Below are positions 47,134 to 57,724 of a stretch of 64,000 nucleotides of DNA, one piece after another. A program made the translations under genes and the position numbers. Positions within the stretch are counted from its first letter, which is position 1, and each line of letters starts with the position of its first letter. The stretch comes from Bacteroidales bacterium (GTDB taxonomy: Bacteria; Bacteroidota; Bacteroidia; Bacteroidales; UBA3663): assembly GCA_017449065.1 (NCBI GenBank), contig JAFSKF010000037.1, positions 11,596 to 75,595 on the forward strand. Direction: 5' to 3'. The notes under the pieces are model-generated. The model did not search any database, was not told the DNA's origin, and saw only the letters and a list, made by a program, of their open reading frames with translations.

Positions 47134-49506
47134 ATGAATACTCTATTGAAATCACTTGGCATATTCGTTTTGGCAGCTAATTTCCTGCCTGTTTTTGCAG
47201 ACAATGCACCTACTGTTACTACCGATACCCGTTTCGCGCGTGGTGCGACAAGGGCTTTCGGTCGTGCAAAGTTTGCAGCAGTTAATGGCAATACGATCCA
47301 GACTCGTGGTTTCTGCTGGAGTTCTGAAAATCGTTTTCCGACGATCGAAGACAGTCATTCCAACCTGACATATTCGAACAACGGGCTGATTTTCCGGATG
47401 GAGGGCCTGACGCCTTCCACCGTATATTATGCCCGTGCCTACGCTGTGGGCAAAGATGGCTCTGTGGGCTATGGCGATGTGATTAAGATTGTCACTTTGC
47501 CGAAAGGTACCATTTCCTGGGGCTACGATAATGGTGGCAGTTCCGATGCCAATAGCCGTATCAACGCCGCAGTCGAATCGGCCGTGAACTATTGGAATGA
47601 ATTGACCAGTATCACGGATTTGTATCTGAATGTGCACTATGGAGCCGATACGCCTACGGCCGATTGCAGCTACGGCGGATGGATGCGCGTCGGACCGAAC
47701 TCTTCATACCAGCGTACCGGTACTATTATGCACGAGGCGTTGCATGCCATCGGTATTGGTACCACCGGTTTGTGGAACAGTGGTACCTCTCCACTTCGTG
47801 CCGGAAGCGGTACGGGACAATGGTTAGGCGACCGGGCTACCGAACTGGTGCGTTTCTGGGATAACAGCACCACCGAATATCCTACAGGCGACGTTACACA
47901 TATTTGGGTTTCGGGAACGACCGCCAGCACGACGTCTTTCTCGGTGAACGGCGCCCACGAAGATACAGGAACGGATATGCAATACACCGCAGTAAGTCTG
48001 ATGGCACAGGCTGTCGGAGAGGACGGATTGCCGCCTACAGGCACTCATGCTTTCGGATTGTCTTACTATTCCTTCAATCAGGAAGACACCATTAAATATT
48101 ATATCAAGAATGAAAGTGAGACTTATGGTCTTTTCAGTGCTTTCCTGACCGAAACCGACAATCACCAGCTCAAGTGGCAGAAGATGACTGCCAACGAGGC
48201 TGTTGCCAACGATGCGGCTGCCTGGTATGTAACGTTTACCCCCGACAATCAGTATTACCAGATTACCAATGCCAAGTCTGGGTATAAGATTTCTTATTCC
48301 ACCAATGGTTTTATTACAACCTCTACAGCGGGCATCACTGTGAACCAGAATTTCCATCTGATGCGCAGTCGTATCGATATTACGAATCATGTAGGCGAGG
48401 TGGTAACCGCCAATCGCGGCTACTGGATGCTGCATCCGGACAATGGTTCGGCGACACCTCCAGCCTTGACTGCTTCATCCAACGGTTCAGTTACGGTTTC
48501 AAATTTCGATATCTCAAATACTGCCGTGCAGCAGCGTTGGGTAATCCTTACTGCATCAGAGGCAGCCGATATGGAGAATGCAGGCTTGATGACCGCACGC
48601 TCCTCTTACAACTTGAATCGGACTCGTGTTGATGGCCTTTTCGCTACACCGCATTACCAGATAGAGAAAGGTGCTGACGAAACTTTAACCCAGCAACTCG
48701 AAAAGTATCAGGCTCTCTTTGCCAACAGCGCTACGCCTGCCGATATCTCAGCCTATGCCGATTCTGTGCTGCAAGCTGGAAAGGATTGGTTAGGTCGGGT
48801 TTGTGTGACCGACACAACCCAGCCGTTCGATCTGACTCCGTTCCTTGCGAATCCGGATTTCAAGACCGATGCTTCTGGTTGGGCTACGATGGCTGACGGA
48901 AGCAGTTGGGGGTCCAGTGCTGTAGAATTCTACGAAATTGCTCCTGCTTGCGCTCAGGGTATTTCCGGAATGCCAAAGGGTACATATAGCGTCAAGGTTC
49001 AGGGCTTCCAGCGTCCAGGTGCGACGGCTGATGTTTACTCTAACTATGCCGCAGGCACCAATAGTGTCAATGCCCGTCTGTATATCGGCAATTACCTGAC
49101 ATACGCCAAACTTCATAACATCATGGACGACCGTCAGTCGAAGTCTTTGCACAGTGCCGACAAGCAAGTGGGTGACGGAAGCTATGTTCCGAATACGATG
49201 GCGGGAGCTGCTGCCTATTTCGCTGCCGGATTGTACGAAAACGAATATCGCCAGTACCGCTCATCTGCGGGTACGGTTCGTATCGGAATTATGGGTAGCA
49301 AGGGAACAACCTATTGGACAATCGTTGATAACTTCCGTTTGTATTACTACGGACCGATGACTTTGCAGGATTGGGAAACCGGTTTGACAGAGGTGCAGAC
49401 AGAAAAGCCTGCATCCGAGGCATGCTTTGACCTTACGGGTCGGCGCATAAGCCAGCCAGGTAAGGGGCTCTTTATCAAGAATGGCAAGAAAATCATTATT
49501 CTATAA
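47134..49506 (+). CDS. Secreted FN3 + HExxH (zincin-like) + trefoil/CBM-like modular protein
   Basis: GLTPSTVYYARAYA FN3; IMHEALHAIGIG; NPDF..GW module; T9SS-like tail. Confidence 0.7.
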   Translation: MNTLLKSLGIFVLAANFLPVFADNAPTVTTDTRFARGATRAFGRAKFAAVNGNTIQTRGFCWSSENRFPTIEDSHSNLTYSNNGLIFRMEGLTPSTVYYARAYAVGKDGSVGYGDVIKIVTLPKGTISWGYDNGGSSDANSRINAAVESAVNYWNELTSITDLYLNVHYGADTPTADCSYGGWMRVGPNSSYQRTGTIMHEALHAIGIGTTGLWNSGTSPLRAGSGTGQWLGDRATELVRFWDNSTTEYPTGDVTHIWVSGTTASTTSFSVNGAHEDTGTDMQYTAVSLMAQAVGEDGLPPTGTHAFGLSYYSFNQEDTIKYYIKNESETYGLFSAFLTETDNHQLKWQKMTANEAVANDAAAWYVTFTPDNQYYQITNAKSGYKISYSTNGFITTSTAGITVNQNFHLMRSRIDITNHVGEVVTANRGYWMLHPDNGSATPPALTASSNGSVTVSNFDISNTAVQQRWVILTASEAADMENAGLMTARSSYNLNRTRVDGLFATPHYQIEKGADETLTQQLEKYQALFANSATPADISAYADSVLQAGKDWLGRVCVTDTTQPFDLTPFLANPDFKTDASGWATMADGSSWGSSAVEFYEIAPACAQGISGMPKGTYSVKVQGFQRPGATADVYSNYAAGTNSVNARLYIGNYLTYAKLHNIMDDRQSKSLHSADKQVGDGSYVPNTMAGAAAYFAAGLYENEYRQYRSSAGTVRIGIMGSKGTTYWTIVDNFRLYYYGPMTLQDWETGLTEVQTEKPASEACFDLTGRRISQPGKGLFIKNGKKIIIL

Positions 49507-49547
49507 GTGTCTTAACCATCTTTATTACTACTTTACAAATTTACAAA

Positions 49548-52500
49548 ATGAGAAAACTGACAATCTTTTTGCTTTTGCTCGGCATAACATCTGTCGCTTG
49601 GGCACAGCGTATCACTGATAAGATCGACCGAGGTCTGGTGGCCGTTCCTGCTGCAAGCGGGGGTGGAAACTTGGTGTCTTGGCGAGTTTTTGGCGAAGAA
49701 TATTACGACGTGACTTACAATCTGTATTGCGATGGCACGAAGATTGCCTCCAATTTGCAGGTGTCGAACTATCAGCATACGGCCGGTACGCAGAACAGTC
49801 GGTATCAGGTAGCCGCTGTGGTTCGTGGCGTTGAGCAGGAGAAGTCGGCAGCCATCACCCGCTGGAACGATGGTTTCTTAGAGATTCCTGTGCAGCCCAT
49901 TATCGGACGCGATGGCACGGATGTGACCTCCCATTATACCTTGAACGATGTTTCATTGGGCGATCTGGACGGTGATGGTGTCGTAGAGTTTGTGGTCAAA
50001 CGTCCTTGTGACATGGTGACCGACTTGAGCAACAAGAACTGTTTCCATGTGATTGACTGCTACCATCGCGACGGAACCCGTTTGTGGTGGATCGATATGG
50101 GCCCGAACATGCTGGCCGGTGCCGACGAGCAGTGGGATGCCGTTTGTTTCGACTGGGATCAGGATGGCAAAGCTGAGGTGCTGCTGCGTATTCAGGAAAA
50201 TGCGATTCTGCACTATGCGGACGGTACTGCCGACACCATCGGTTCCACCTCTGTCGATACGCGTTGGAATGGCATCGAGTTCACATCGTCGGGCAACGAG
50301 TATCTGCTTTACTTGGAAGGAGCCACCGGCAAGCCTTACCAGATTGGCGAAGCTTCGCATCCTAAGTATCTGACCTATCCGATTGCCCGAGGCAGCGATT
50401 CCGACTGGGGCAGCGGTATCGTCGGACACCGCAGCACCAAGCACTATTTTGCAGCTCCATATTTGGACGGACGTCATGCGTCCATCTTCTTGGGTCGCGG
50501 TTGCTACACCAAACACGTTATGAAGACTTTCGATGTCGATCCGCTTACTCATAAGCTGATTCCGTTGTGGACCTGGCAGTGTACGGTGAGCGGTTCGCCT
50601 TGGTTCGGACAGGGCTACCATAACTTTCAGGTGGCCGATGTCGATTGGGACGGACGTGATGAGATTGTTTTCGGTTCTATGATTATCGACGATAACGGTA
50701 AGGGACTTTCTACCACCGGTCTCGGACATGGAGATTCCCAGCATTGTTCCGATTTCGATCCGTATCGCAAATATCAGGAGCAGTTTGCCTGCAACGAGGA
50801 CCGTCCGGCCAATAACTATCGCAACGCCTGCACCTCTGAGATTTACTATCGTCAGATTGCTTCCGGCGATGACGGACGTGCGCTGATGGGAAACTTCACC
50901 AACGCTTATCCGGGTTCGGTGGGTCGTTCGGTGGCTTCCGGTTGGGTAAGCTCTACTTCCGATAAGATTATTTCCGAACTGGGCGGCGATGCCCTGATCG
51001 GTTGGGGCGATCTGAATAGTCGTATCTATTACGACGGTGATTTGCTCGACGAGTATCTGGAAAGTCCGGGTACGGAAGGCTATGGCGTGGTTTACAAGGC
51101 CGGCGGCGGTCGTGTGGCCAACTTGCAGAAGAATGCCTACGACACGAAGATGAACAACTACACCAAGAACAATCCGGGTGCACAAGGTGATATCTTCGGT
51201 GACTGGCGTGAGGAGGTGGTCTTGAGAGCTGCTGATAATAAATCCTTGCGTGTCTATACAACCGGCTATTCGACCAATTATCGCATCCCGACCCTATGGC
51301 ACGATCATCAGTATCGTAACGCGATGGTCTGGCAGTCGATGGGCTACAACCAGTGTCCGCATAAATCGTACTTCTTGGGCGAGTTGGAGGGCATTACCGA
51401 AGCTCCGGCTCCATTGACCATGACGGGTCGTAAGGAAATTGCTAACGGCGGTACAGTCACAACGACCGACGAGCACTTGCTGATTTGTGAGAATAATAAT
51501 ACGAACATCACGATTCAGGAGGGAGCCAGCCCTTATATTGTGACCTTCAACGTTCCTTCGTGGGTGCAAGGTAATGCCGGAAGTAATATCAGCACCACGC
51601 CTGCTATTTCATACGAGTATTTCACCTGCAATGTGACCGGCGGCGGTCTTTCAGGCTGCACCCGACTCATCAAGCAGGGCGACGGTACGCTGAATCTGCC
51701 TTCCGTCAACATGACTCATACGGGTGAAACGAATATCTGGGCCGGTACGGTGAATTATTCGGGCGAGATGAAGAGTTCTCCGCTTTGGTTGAACCGCTTT
51801 GCCGAACTGAACGGAACGGCCACCTTCAAGAGTTTGCAGGCCGACTACGGTTCGGTAGTCCGTCCCGGTGGTCAGGGCCAGATTGGCACCATTCAGACCG
51901 TTGAGGGTTATAAGATGGGCTTCGGCAGCCGTCTTATATTGGAGTTGCAGGCCAACGACAATACCACATCGGCCGACAAGATTATAGCAAGCCAGCTCAC
52001 CATCGAAAGCAAGAACTGGTCGTATGGTCCGAAGTATCTGGTGCCTGTCATCGAACTGGCTACTCCCGATGGCAGCGAACTGAAAGCCGGTGACTACGAA
52101 ATCGGCGAGTTTGCGGCTGTTTCCGGTTCGTTGGCCAATATCAAGATTGAAGGCGCTGGCAAATTCAAAACGTCGCTGAAGTTCGAGAAAGGCAAGCTGA
52201 TTCTTTCTTTGGGCGATGTGCGCGGTGCTTCTCATATCGTTTGGACCGGTAGTTCAAGTGCCGTTTGGGATTACGCCAGCACACCTAACTTCACATTGGC
52301 AGGCGATGAAACTGCTACTCCTGACATCTTCGTGACAGGCGATATCGTCGATTTTACCGACGACTCGAAGGTGCAGAACATCTCCATTAAGGATGAAATG
52401 ACCGTCGATACGATGTGCGTGAACAGCACGAAGGCTTACGCTTTTGAGGGCAATGGAAAGATTGTGGGCGGTGCTTTCGTGAAAGAAGGATCCGGCACCG

Positions 52501-54071
52501 TTACCATGAGCAACGATAATACCTATACGGGCGGAAACTTCCTGCGAGGAGGTACGACGATCGTCACTTCTTTGTCGAGCTCGACACAGGCTTACGGCGG
52601 ACTGGGCGCTCCGATTTCGAATCCGGCTAAGTTCGTTTTCTCGAATGGTGCTGTACTCCAGACTTCCGGCACGATCCAGAACTATTCGGCCATGTATTTC
52701 ACTACCGAAGGTGGTGGTGTCATCAATAACGCCGGAGCCTTTACCCAGCAGCGGTCCGTGCAAGGAACTTTGCTCACCAAACGCGGTGGCGGCACTTTGA
52801 CGCTGAGTGTCGATAACGGAGCCTTGCAGAAACTGGTGGTGGCTGGCGGTTCGGTGTATGCCTCAACGGCAACGCCAGCTAAGGCGGTTGTTCTCCAGTC
52901 CGGATCCCTCACTTTGGCGGCTGCATCAAGTGTGCCGATCGATGTGCCGGAAGGCAAGACGGCTTCGCTGTATTGCCAGGGCGATCGTTTGGCTTATTCG
53001 AACCGTCTGACCGGTGCCGGCACCCTTTTGGTTTACTATCCAGTGGTTGTAGGTAGTGGCTGGTATGCTACGCGTACCGCGTTGAACGGCGACTGGTCGT
53101 CCTTCGAAGGTACGATTCGCCCTGCGGTCTATACGGCTGCAGACGGACGCTTCTGCCTGAACAATGGTTATGGCTTGGCCAAGGGAACCATGAATATTCC
53201 ACAGGGTGTGATTGTTGAAAGTACGGCCAAGAGTTTCGCTATTGGCGAACTGATCGGTGCTGGAACATTGGGCGGCGTATGTTCGCTGTCCAGCTCTTCT
53301 CCGGGCAGTTGGAGCACCTGGAATGTGGGCGGTAAGGGTACCAGCTTTACCTTTGACGGTGTGGTTACTTCCAATGCTATTTTCAACAAGGTGGGCGAAG
53401 GAGTCATGACAACTTCCGGCGTATGGGCTAATACCGGTACAGTGACGGTTCGCGAAGGCGTCTTGAAGGTGAGCACCGCATCGGTGTTGGGTACGGGAGC
53501 CTTGACCATTGCTTCCGGTGCACGACTTGTCGGCAACCATTCGACCGGTGTCATCAAGAATGCCAGCGTGACGGTCAACGGTACTATCCAGCCGGGTCTG
53601 ACCGAAACGATTGCTATCGGTAAGTTGCTGTTCAATGGACAGAAAGTAACGGTAAACGAAACGGGTACCCTCCGCTTCGGTATCAGTAAGGCTTCAACGG
53701 GTGCCACCGTGCTCAGCGGAACTTCTCTGCAGAACATCGGCACGCTGACCTTTGCTTCCGGTTCCACCATCTCGATTTTCCTTACAGGCTCATACGTGCC
53801 GAAAGAAGGCGACGAGATTCGCCTGTTCTCCGATGTCAAGACGATTTCGGGTACTCCGAACGTAGTGATTGAAGGTTATGCGACAGAATACGACATGAGC
53901 CGTTTCGCAAGTGAGGGCGTTATTGTCGTCAAGAACATTGTCTCCGGACTGAAGGAGGTGAATGCTGATGCTTCCGATGCCGATGCCTATTTCGACCTGA
54001 TGGGTCGTCGGGTGGCAGAGCCTGGCAAGGGCGTTTACATCCGCAATGGAAAGAAAGTTATTATCAAATAA
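49548..54071 (+). CDS. PL11 rhamnogalacturonan lyase (YesW/YesX-like) with autotransporter-associated beta-strand repeats and a T9SS-like tail
   Basis: IDRGLVAV, LVSWR, GDLDGDG..E, GQGYHNF.VADVD.DGRDEI, GLGHGD..H, DIFGDWREE, YNQCPH; K.G.GT.T.S..NTYTGG repeats. Confidence 0.88.
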   Translation: MRKLTIFLLLLGITSVAWAQRITDKIDRGLVAVPAASGGGNLVSWRVFGEEYYDVTYNLYCDGTKIASNLQVSNYQHTAGTQNSRYQVAAVVRGVEQEKSAAITRWNDGFLEIPVQPIIGRDGTDVTSHYTLNDVSLGDLDGDGVVEFVVKRPCDMVTDLSNKNCFHVIDCYHRDGTRLWWIDMGPNMLAGADEQWDAVCFDWDQDGKAEVLLRIQENAILHYADGTADTIGSTSVDTRWNGIEFTSSGNEYLLYLEGATGKPYQIGEASHPKYLTYPIARGSDSDWGSGIVGHRSTKHYFAAPYLDGRHASIFLGRGCYTKHVMKTFDVDPLTHKLIPLWTWQCTVSGSPWFGQGYHNFQVADVDWDGRDEIVFGSMIIDDNGKGLSTTGLGHGDSQHCSDFDPYRKYQEQFACNEDRPANNYRNACTSEIYYRQIASGDDGRALMGNFTNAYPGSVGRSVASGWVSSTSDKIISELGGDALIGWGDLNSRIYYDGDLLDEYLESPGTEGYGVVYKAGGGRVANLQKNAYDTKMNNYTKNNPGAQGDIFGDWREEVVLRAADNKSLRVYTTGYSTNYRIPTLWHDHQYRNAMVWQSMGYNQCPHKSYFLGELEGITEAPAPLTMTGRKEIANGGTVTTTDEHLLICENNNTNITIQEGASPYIVTFNVPSWVQGNAGSNISTTPAISYEYFTCNVTGGGLSGCTRLIKQGDGTLNLPSVNMTHTGETNIWAGTVNYSGEMKSSPLWLNRFAELNGTATFKSLQADYGSVVRPGGQGQIGTIQTVEGYKMGFGSRLILELQANDNTTSADKIIASQLTIESKNWSYGPKYLVPVIELATPDGSELKAGDYEIGEFAAVSGSLANIKIEGAGKFKTSLKFEKGKLILSLGDVRGASHIVWTGSSSAVWDYASTPNFTLAGDETATPDIFVTGDIVDFTDDSKVQNISIKDEMTVDTMCVNSTKAYAFEGNGKIVGGAFVKEGSGTVTMSNDNTYTGGNFLRGGTTIVTSLSSSTQAYGGLGAPISNPAKFVFSNGAVLQTSGTIQNYSAMYFTTEGGGVINNAGAFTQQRSVQGTLLTKRGGGTLTLSVDNGALQKLVVAGGSVYASTATPAKAVVLQSGSLTLAAASSVPIDVPEGKTASLYCQGDRLAYSNRLTGAGTLLVYYPVVVGSGWYATRTALNGDWSSFEGTIRPAVYTAADGRFCLNNGYGLAKGTMNIPQGVIVESTAKSFAIGELIGAGTLGGVCSLSSSSPGSWSTWNVGGKGTSFTFDGVVTSNAIFNKVGEGVMTTSGVWANTGTVTVREGVLKVSTASVLGTGALTIASGARLVGNHSTGVIKNASVTVNGTIQPGLTETIAIGKLLFNGQKVTVNETGTLRFGISKASTGATVLSGTSLQNIGTLTFASGSTISIFLTGSYVPKEGDEIRLFSDVKTISGTPNVVIEGYATEYDMSRFASEGVIVVKNIVSGLKEVNADASDADAYFDLMGRRVAEPGKGVYIRNGKKVIIK

Positions 54072-54077
54072 AATACT

Positions 54078-57000
54078 ATGAGAAAGTTATTGAAAAGTTT
54101 GTTTGTAGCGGCCTTCCTGCCGGCTTGGACAATGGCTTTGGCAGCCAATACGGTTACATCGGTCTCGCAGGTTACCGAAGCAGTTACCTTGAGTGAGGAC
54201 GTCGATTATGTGGTAACATCTGCCACTCCATTTACCGATGGAGGCAGTGTTAACATTACCAACACCGATCATGCCGTCCTGATTCTGCGCCAGATCCGTC
54301 CGAGCATCACGATTAAGACCTGGTTGTCCGATCACGTTCTGATCAAGGGAGAACAGGCTGTAAACGGCAAGAACTGTCAGGTAAAGATGTATGCACATGG
54401 TACCATTATCATGCCATACGCCAGCGATATCAAGCCCTTGACGGTATATGCCGGACAGAACTTCACCGGAACTTCGGTTAATAGTTTCGGCCTGGAAAAC
54501 GACGGCGGCTTCATGAACACCTTGACCACTGCCAAACTGAACAACCAGATCCGGAGTTTCAAGCTGAAGCGCGGTTATATGGTGACCTTCTCCACTCGTG
54601 CCGGTGGACGTGGCTATAGCCGTTGCTTCATTGCCGATACCGAAGACTTGGAGGTTTCCAGTCTGCCTATGGTGCTCGATCAGCGTATTTCTTCCTATCG
54701 CGTGTTCCAGTGGTACGATTCGCAGAAGAAGGGTGTGGCCGACTATGTCGATGAAACCGCGAACCTGGCTTTGGGCTCCACTTGGTCCTACACGTGGGGA
54801 ACGGGCCGTTCTCTGTTACCTGATGCCGAGTGTGTGGCTAACCATATCTACGAAGACTGGCCGAGTCCGGCGGCTTGCGGTAGCGTAACCTATACCTGCC
54901 ACATGAAGACCAACAACGAGCCGGGAAACAGTGCCGATGACCATCCGCAGGATGTGGCTACTGTGCTTGCTAACTGGGAGAACCTGATGCGTACCGGTCT
55001 GCGTCTCTGTTCCGAGAGTTCGCACGACGGCAGTATGAACCATCTCCGCGCTTTCATCGATTCTATTGATGCCCGTGGCTGGCGATGCGACTTGTTGGAC
55101 CTGCACTGCTATTGGCCCAGCGGTAACTTCAATAACTGGAAGTACTATTACGATACTTACGGCGGACGTCCTATCTGGATTTCCGAATGGATTTGGGGCG
55201 CTTCGTGGAACCGGAATGGTGTGTTCGGTTTGGGCGATCAGACTTACGACCAGAAGCAGGCACGCAATGCACAGGAACTGCAGAATGTGATTATTCCGAA
55301 TCTGAATAATTCGCCCTACGTGGAGCGCTATGCCTATTGGAACAGCGAGGCCGACTTCTCGAAAGTCTATCAGAACGGTCTGACCACTTCGGGTAAGTAT
55401 TATGCTTCTGTTGAATCGGGTATCGGACACAATAGCAAGTATGATAAGATCCCGACTTTACCGCGTCAGTATAATCCGAGCAATTTGACGGTTACCTATA
55501 ACAGTGAGACCAAGCAGGTGGTGCTTCAATGGCACGATGTGAACGGTGAGTATAACCGCTCGATGGCTGTTGAGGTCAAGACGCCGTCTTCAGCTTCATG
55601 GAAAGTGGTGCAGGAGATTACACCTCAGGAGGCAGAGGCTGATTACAAGGTGACGGTCGATGGCGTCGATGGCTATAAGTACCGCATCCATGTCGTGGAT
55701 TTGAAGAATGATTCCCGTTATACGAACGAAGCATCTGCGGTTGATAATTCGCTCGATTACGGTAGTCAGGTTACCGTCGATGACAAGAGCCTCTATCTGG
55801 GTGGCAACCGATTGCTGAACGGTAACTTCGATATGGGCTTCCTGGGTTGGACCAGCGGCACCGGTGAGCAGATTGCCACTCCATACTTTCAGGTCGTTAA
55901 AATCGGAGGTATCGATGGCGGTAGCTATCTGCAGTGCTATGGCAACGGTTCGACATCGGTGAAGACCGAAGCCTCTACGCTTTGGGTGTGCGACACATTG
56001 AAGAAGAACACCAGTTATTATGTTTCTGCAGCCGGTCTTAACAACAATCCGAACTATCAGCGTATCACCACTACGGCTATTAAGAACCTGGAACTGAACC
56101 AGCGTCTGAAGCTGCCTGCTGTATCCGAATGGGCCAAACAGGGCGGTTCATTCACAACGATGAACGATACGTTGCTTTATATCGCCATGCGTGCTCAGGA
56201 AGGTAAGGCCTGTTTAGACAATGTGATGATTTGCGAACTTTTCGATACGAAGGAAGAAGCTTTGGCTGATGCGCTCCAATGGGAGAGAAAGCGTATCGCT
56301 TTCTTTAAGGACTATAATACGGCTTATCCGCAATTGACGCAGGAACTGGAGGAGTTTGCCGCCGGCAACGTGACTGCATTTGAGGTTCGTGAGGCAATCA
56401 GCAATGCTTTGGAGGCTTTGGAGGTGATTCCGCAAATCGAACAGCTGAAGCAGAACGCCAACCTGATTGTCTCGATGAAACTGCCCGATTACCAGAATGT
56501 CAGTGCAGCATTGGCTCTGGCTGAGACTGCGCAAAAGGCGAATGAATATATTCTGGCTGCCGACCGATTGGATGCAGCAATCAGCACCATTTTGCAATAT
56601 ACCTATAATTCCACCGCCGTCAAGTCACCGACTTTTGCTTCAGTTTCCGATTGGAAAACCAAGACAGGAACCTATACGGGCGGAGATCAGCGGACGGCTA
56701 CTCAGGCAGGTTCGTCCTGCTGGAATGCCTGGTGGAGTATCAGCGCTGATAACACTACATCGACGATGGCGGTTAATCAGGATGTTAAGAGTCTGATTCA
56801 TGGTCTGTACGCCGTCGAGTGTAAGGCCACCACACAGCATCTTTGCGAAACCGATCAGCATGCTTTCGTCTCTAATGCAACGAAATCGGTGTCTGCTCAT
56901 TCTCCGGCACTTCCCTACGGTTTGCTCGATTTGCCGCAGTTCACCAACCGGCAGAAGTGGCAGACGCTTGTAACTCCTTATGTTTATGTGGGCGACGGCG

Positions 57001-57719
57001 ATGTTCTCAACATCGGATTCGAAGGTTCTAAGTCAGGCGCTGTCAACGGTTCTTGGATGGCTTACGGCGACGGTAGTACGCAGGGTGATAATCGAGAAGG
57101 CTGGTGGTGTGCCACCGACTTTACGTTGCGTTATATCCCGATGTTGTGTCGTGCCGCCTCCCAAAAATGGGGCACCATCTGTCTGCCCGATATCCTTTCG
57201 GTTCCAGAGGGTGTGACTCTATATAAGATTGCCGGTATTCTGACCGATGGTTCTGCCATCTGTCTGGAAGAAGAAACCGACAGTCCGGTAGCCGGTGTCC
57301 CCTACATCTTCTATACGGAAAACGAAGGCGAGATTCCGTTCTATGAGAGCGGCAGTTCTGTGACGGTACCCCGAACTAACTACAACGGTTTGCGCGGTGT
57401 GTTCAAGTCGGTGATTCGCTATCCTGTCGGTTCGTTGGTGCTGAACGATGGCGTTTGGACCACTACTGAAACTGCTTATGCGATGACTGCCTATTCGGCT
57501 TATATTGCCACCGTCGAGAATCTGAAGGGACTGGTTTCCTGGGATGGTGTCACGATGCCAGCTACGGGAGTCGATACCGGCAAGATTGTGAATAGTCTTT
57601 CTGAAATCGAAGTACAGCCTGCTCAGGTTTCAGCTACTTATAACCTCTACGGACAGAAGGTGCCTGCCGGCAGCAAGGGCCTGATGATTCGCAACGGTAA
57701 ACTGATTTTTGTAAAATAA
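54078..57719 (+). CDS. GH128-like glycoside hydrolase with a beta/gamma-crystallin-like module, CBM-like modules and a T9SS-like tail
   Basis: WSYTW, NNEP, DLHCY, RPIWISEW and VERYAYW motifs; TVY..QNFTG...NNQIRSFKL.RGY...DQRISSYRV Greek-key pattern. Confidence 0.78.
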   Translation: MRKLLKSLFVAAFLPAWTMALAANTVTSVSQVTEAVTLSEDVDYVVTSATPFTDGGSVNITNTDHAVLILRQIRPSITIKTWLSDHVLIKGEQAVNGKNCQVKMYAHGTIIMPYASDIKPLTVYAGQNFTGTSVNSFGLENDGGFMNTLTTAKLNNQIRSFKLKRGYMVTFSTRAGGRGYSRCFIADTEDLEVSSLPMVLDQRISSYRVFQWYDSQKKGVADYVDETANLALGSTWSYTWGTGRSLLPDAECVANHIYEDWPSPAACGSVTYTCHMKTNNEPGNSADDHPQDVATVLANWENLMRTGLRLCSESSHDGSMNHLRAFIDSIDARGWRCDLLDLHCYWPSGNFNNWKYYYDTYGGRPIWISEWIWGASWNRNGVFGLGDQTYDQKQARNAQELQNVIIPNLNNSPYVERYAYWNSEADFSKVYQNGLTTSGKYYASVESGIGHNSKYDKIPTLPRQYNPSNLTVTYNSETKQVVLQWHDVNGEYNRSMAVEVKTPSSASWKVVQEITPQEAEADYKVTVDGVDGYKYRIHVVDLKNDSRYTNEASAVDNSLDYGSQVTVDDKSLYLGGNRLLNGNFDMGFLGWTSGTGEQIATPYFQVVKIGGIDGGSYLQCYGNGSTSVKTEASTLWVCDTLKKNTSYYVSAAGLNNNPNYQRITTTAIKNLELNQRLKLPAVSEWAKQGGSFTTMNDTLLYIAMRAQEGKACLDNVMICELFDTKEEALADALQWERKRIAFFKDYNTAYPQLTQELEEFAAGNVTAFEVREAISNALEALEVIPQIEQLKQNANLIVSMKLPDYQNVSAALALAETAQKANEYILAADRLDAAISTILQYTYNSTAVKSPTFASVSDWKTKTGTYTGGDQRTATQAGSSCWNAWWSISADNTTSTMAVNQDVKSLIHGLYAVECKATTQHLCETDQHAFVSNATKSVSAHSPALPYGLLDLPQFTNRQKWQTLVTPYVYVGDGDVLNIGFEGSKSGAVNGSWMAYGDGSTQGDNREGWWCATDFTLRYIPMLCRAASQKWGTICLPDILSVPEGVTLYKIAGILTDGSAICLEEETDSPVAGVPYIFYTENEGEIPFYESGSSVTVPRTNYNGLRGVFKSVIRYPVGSLVLNDGVWTTTETAYAMTAYSAYIATVENLKGLVSWDGVTMPATGVDTGKIVNSLSEIEVQPAQVSATYNLYGQKVPAGSKGLMIRNGKLIFVK

Positions 57720-57724
57720 CGGTT

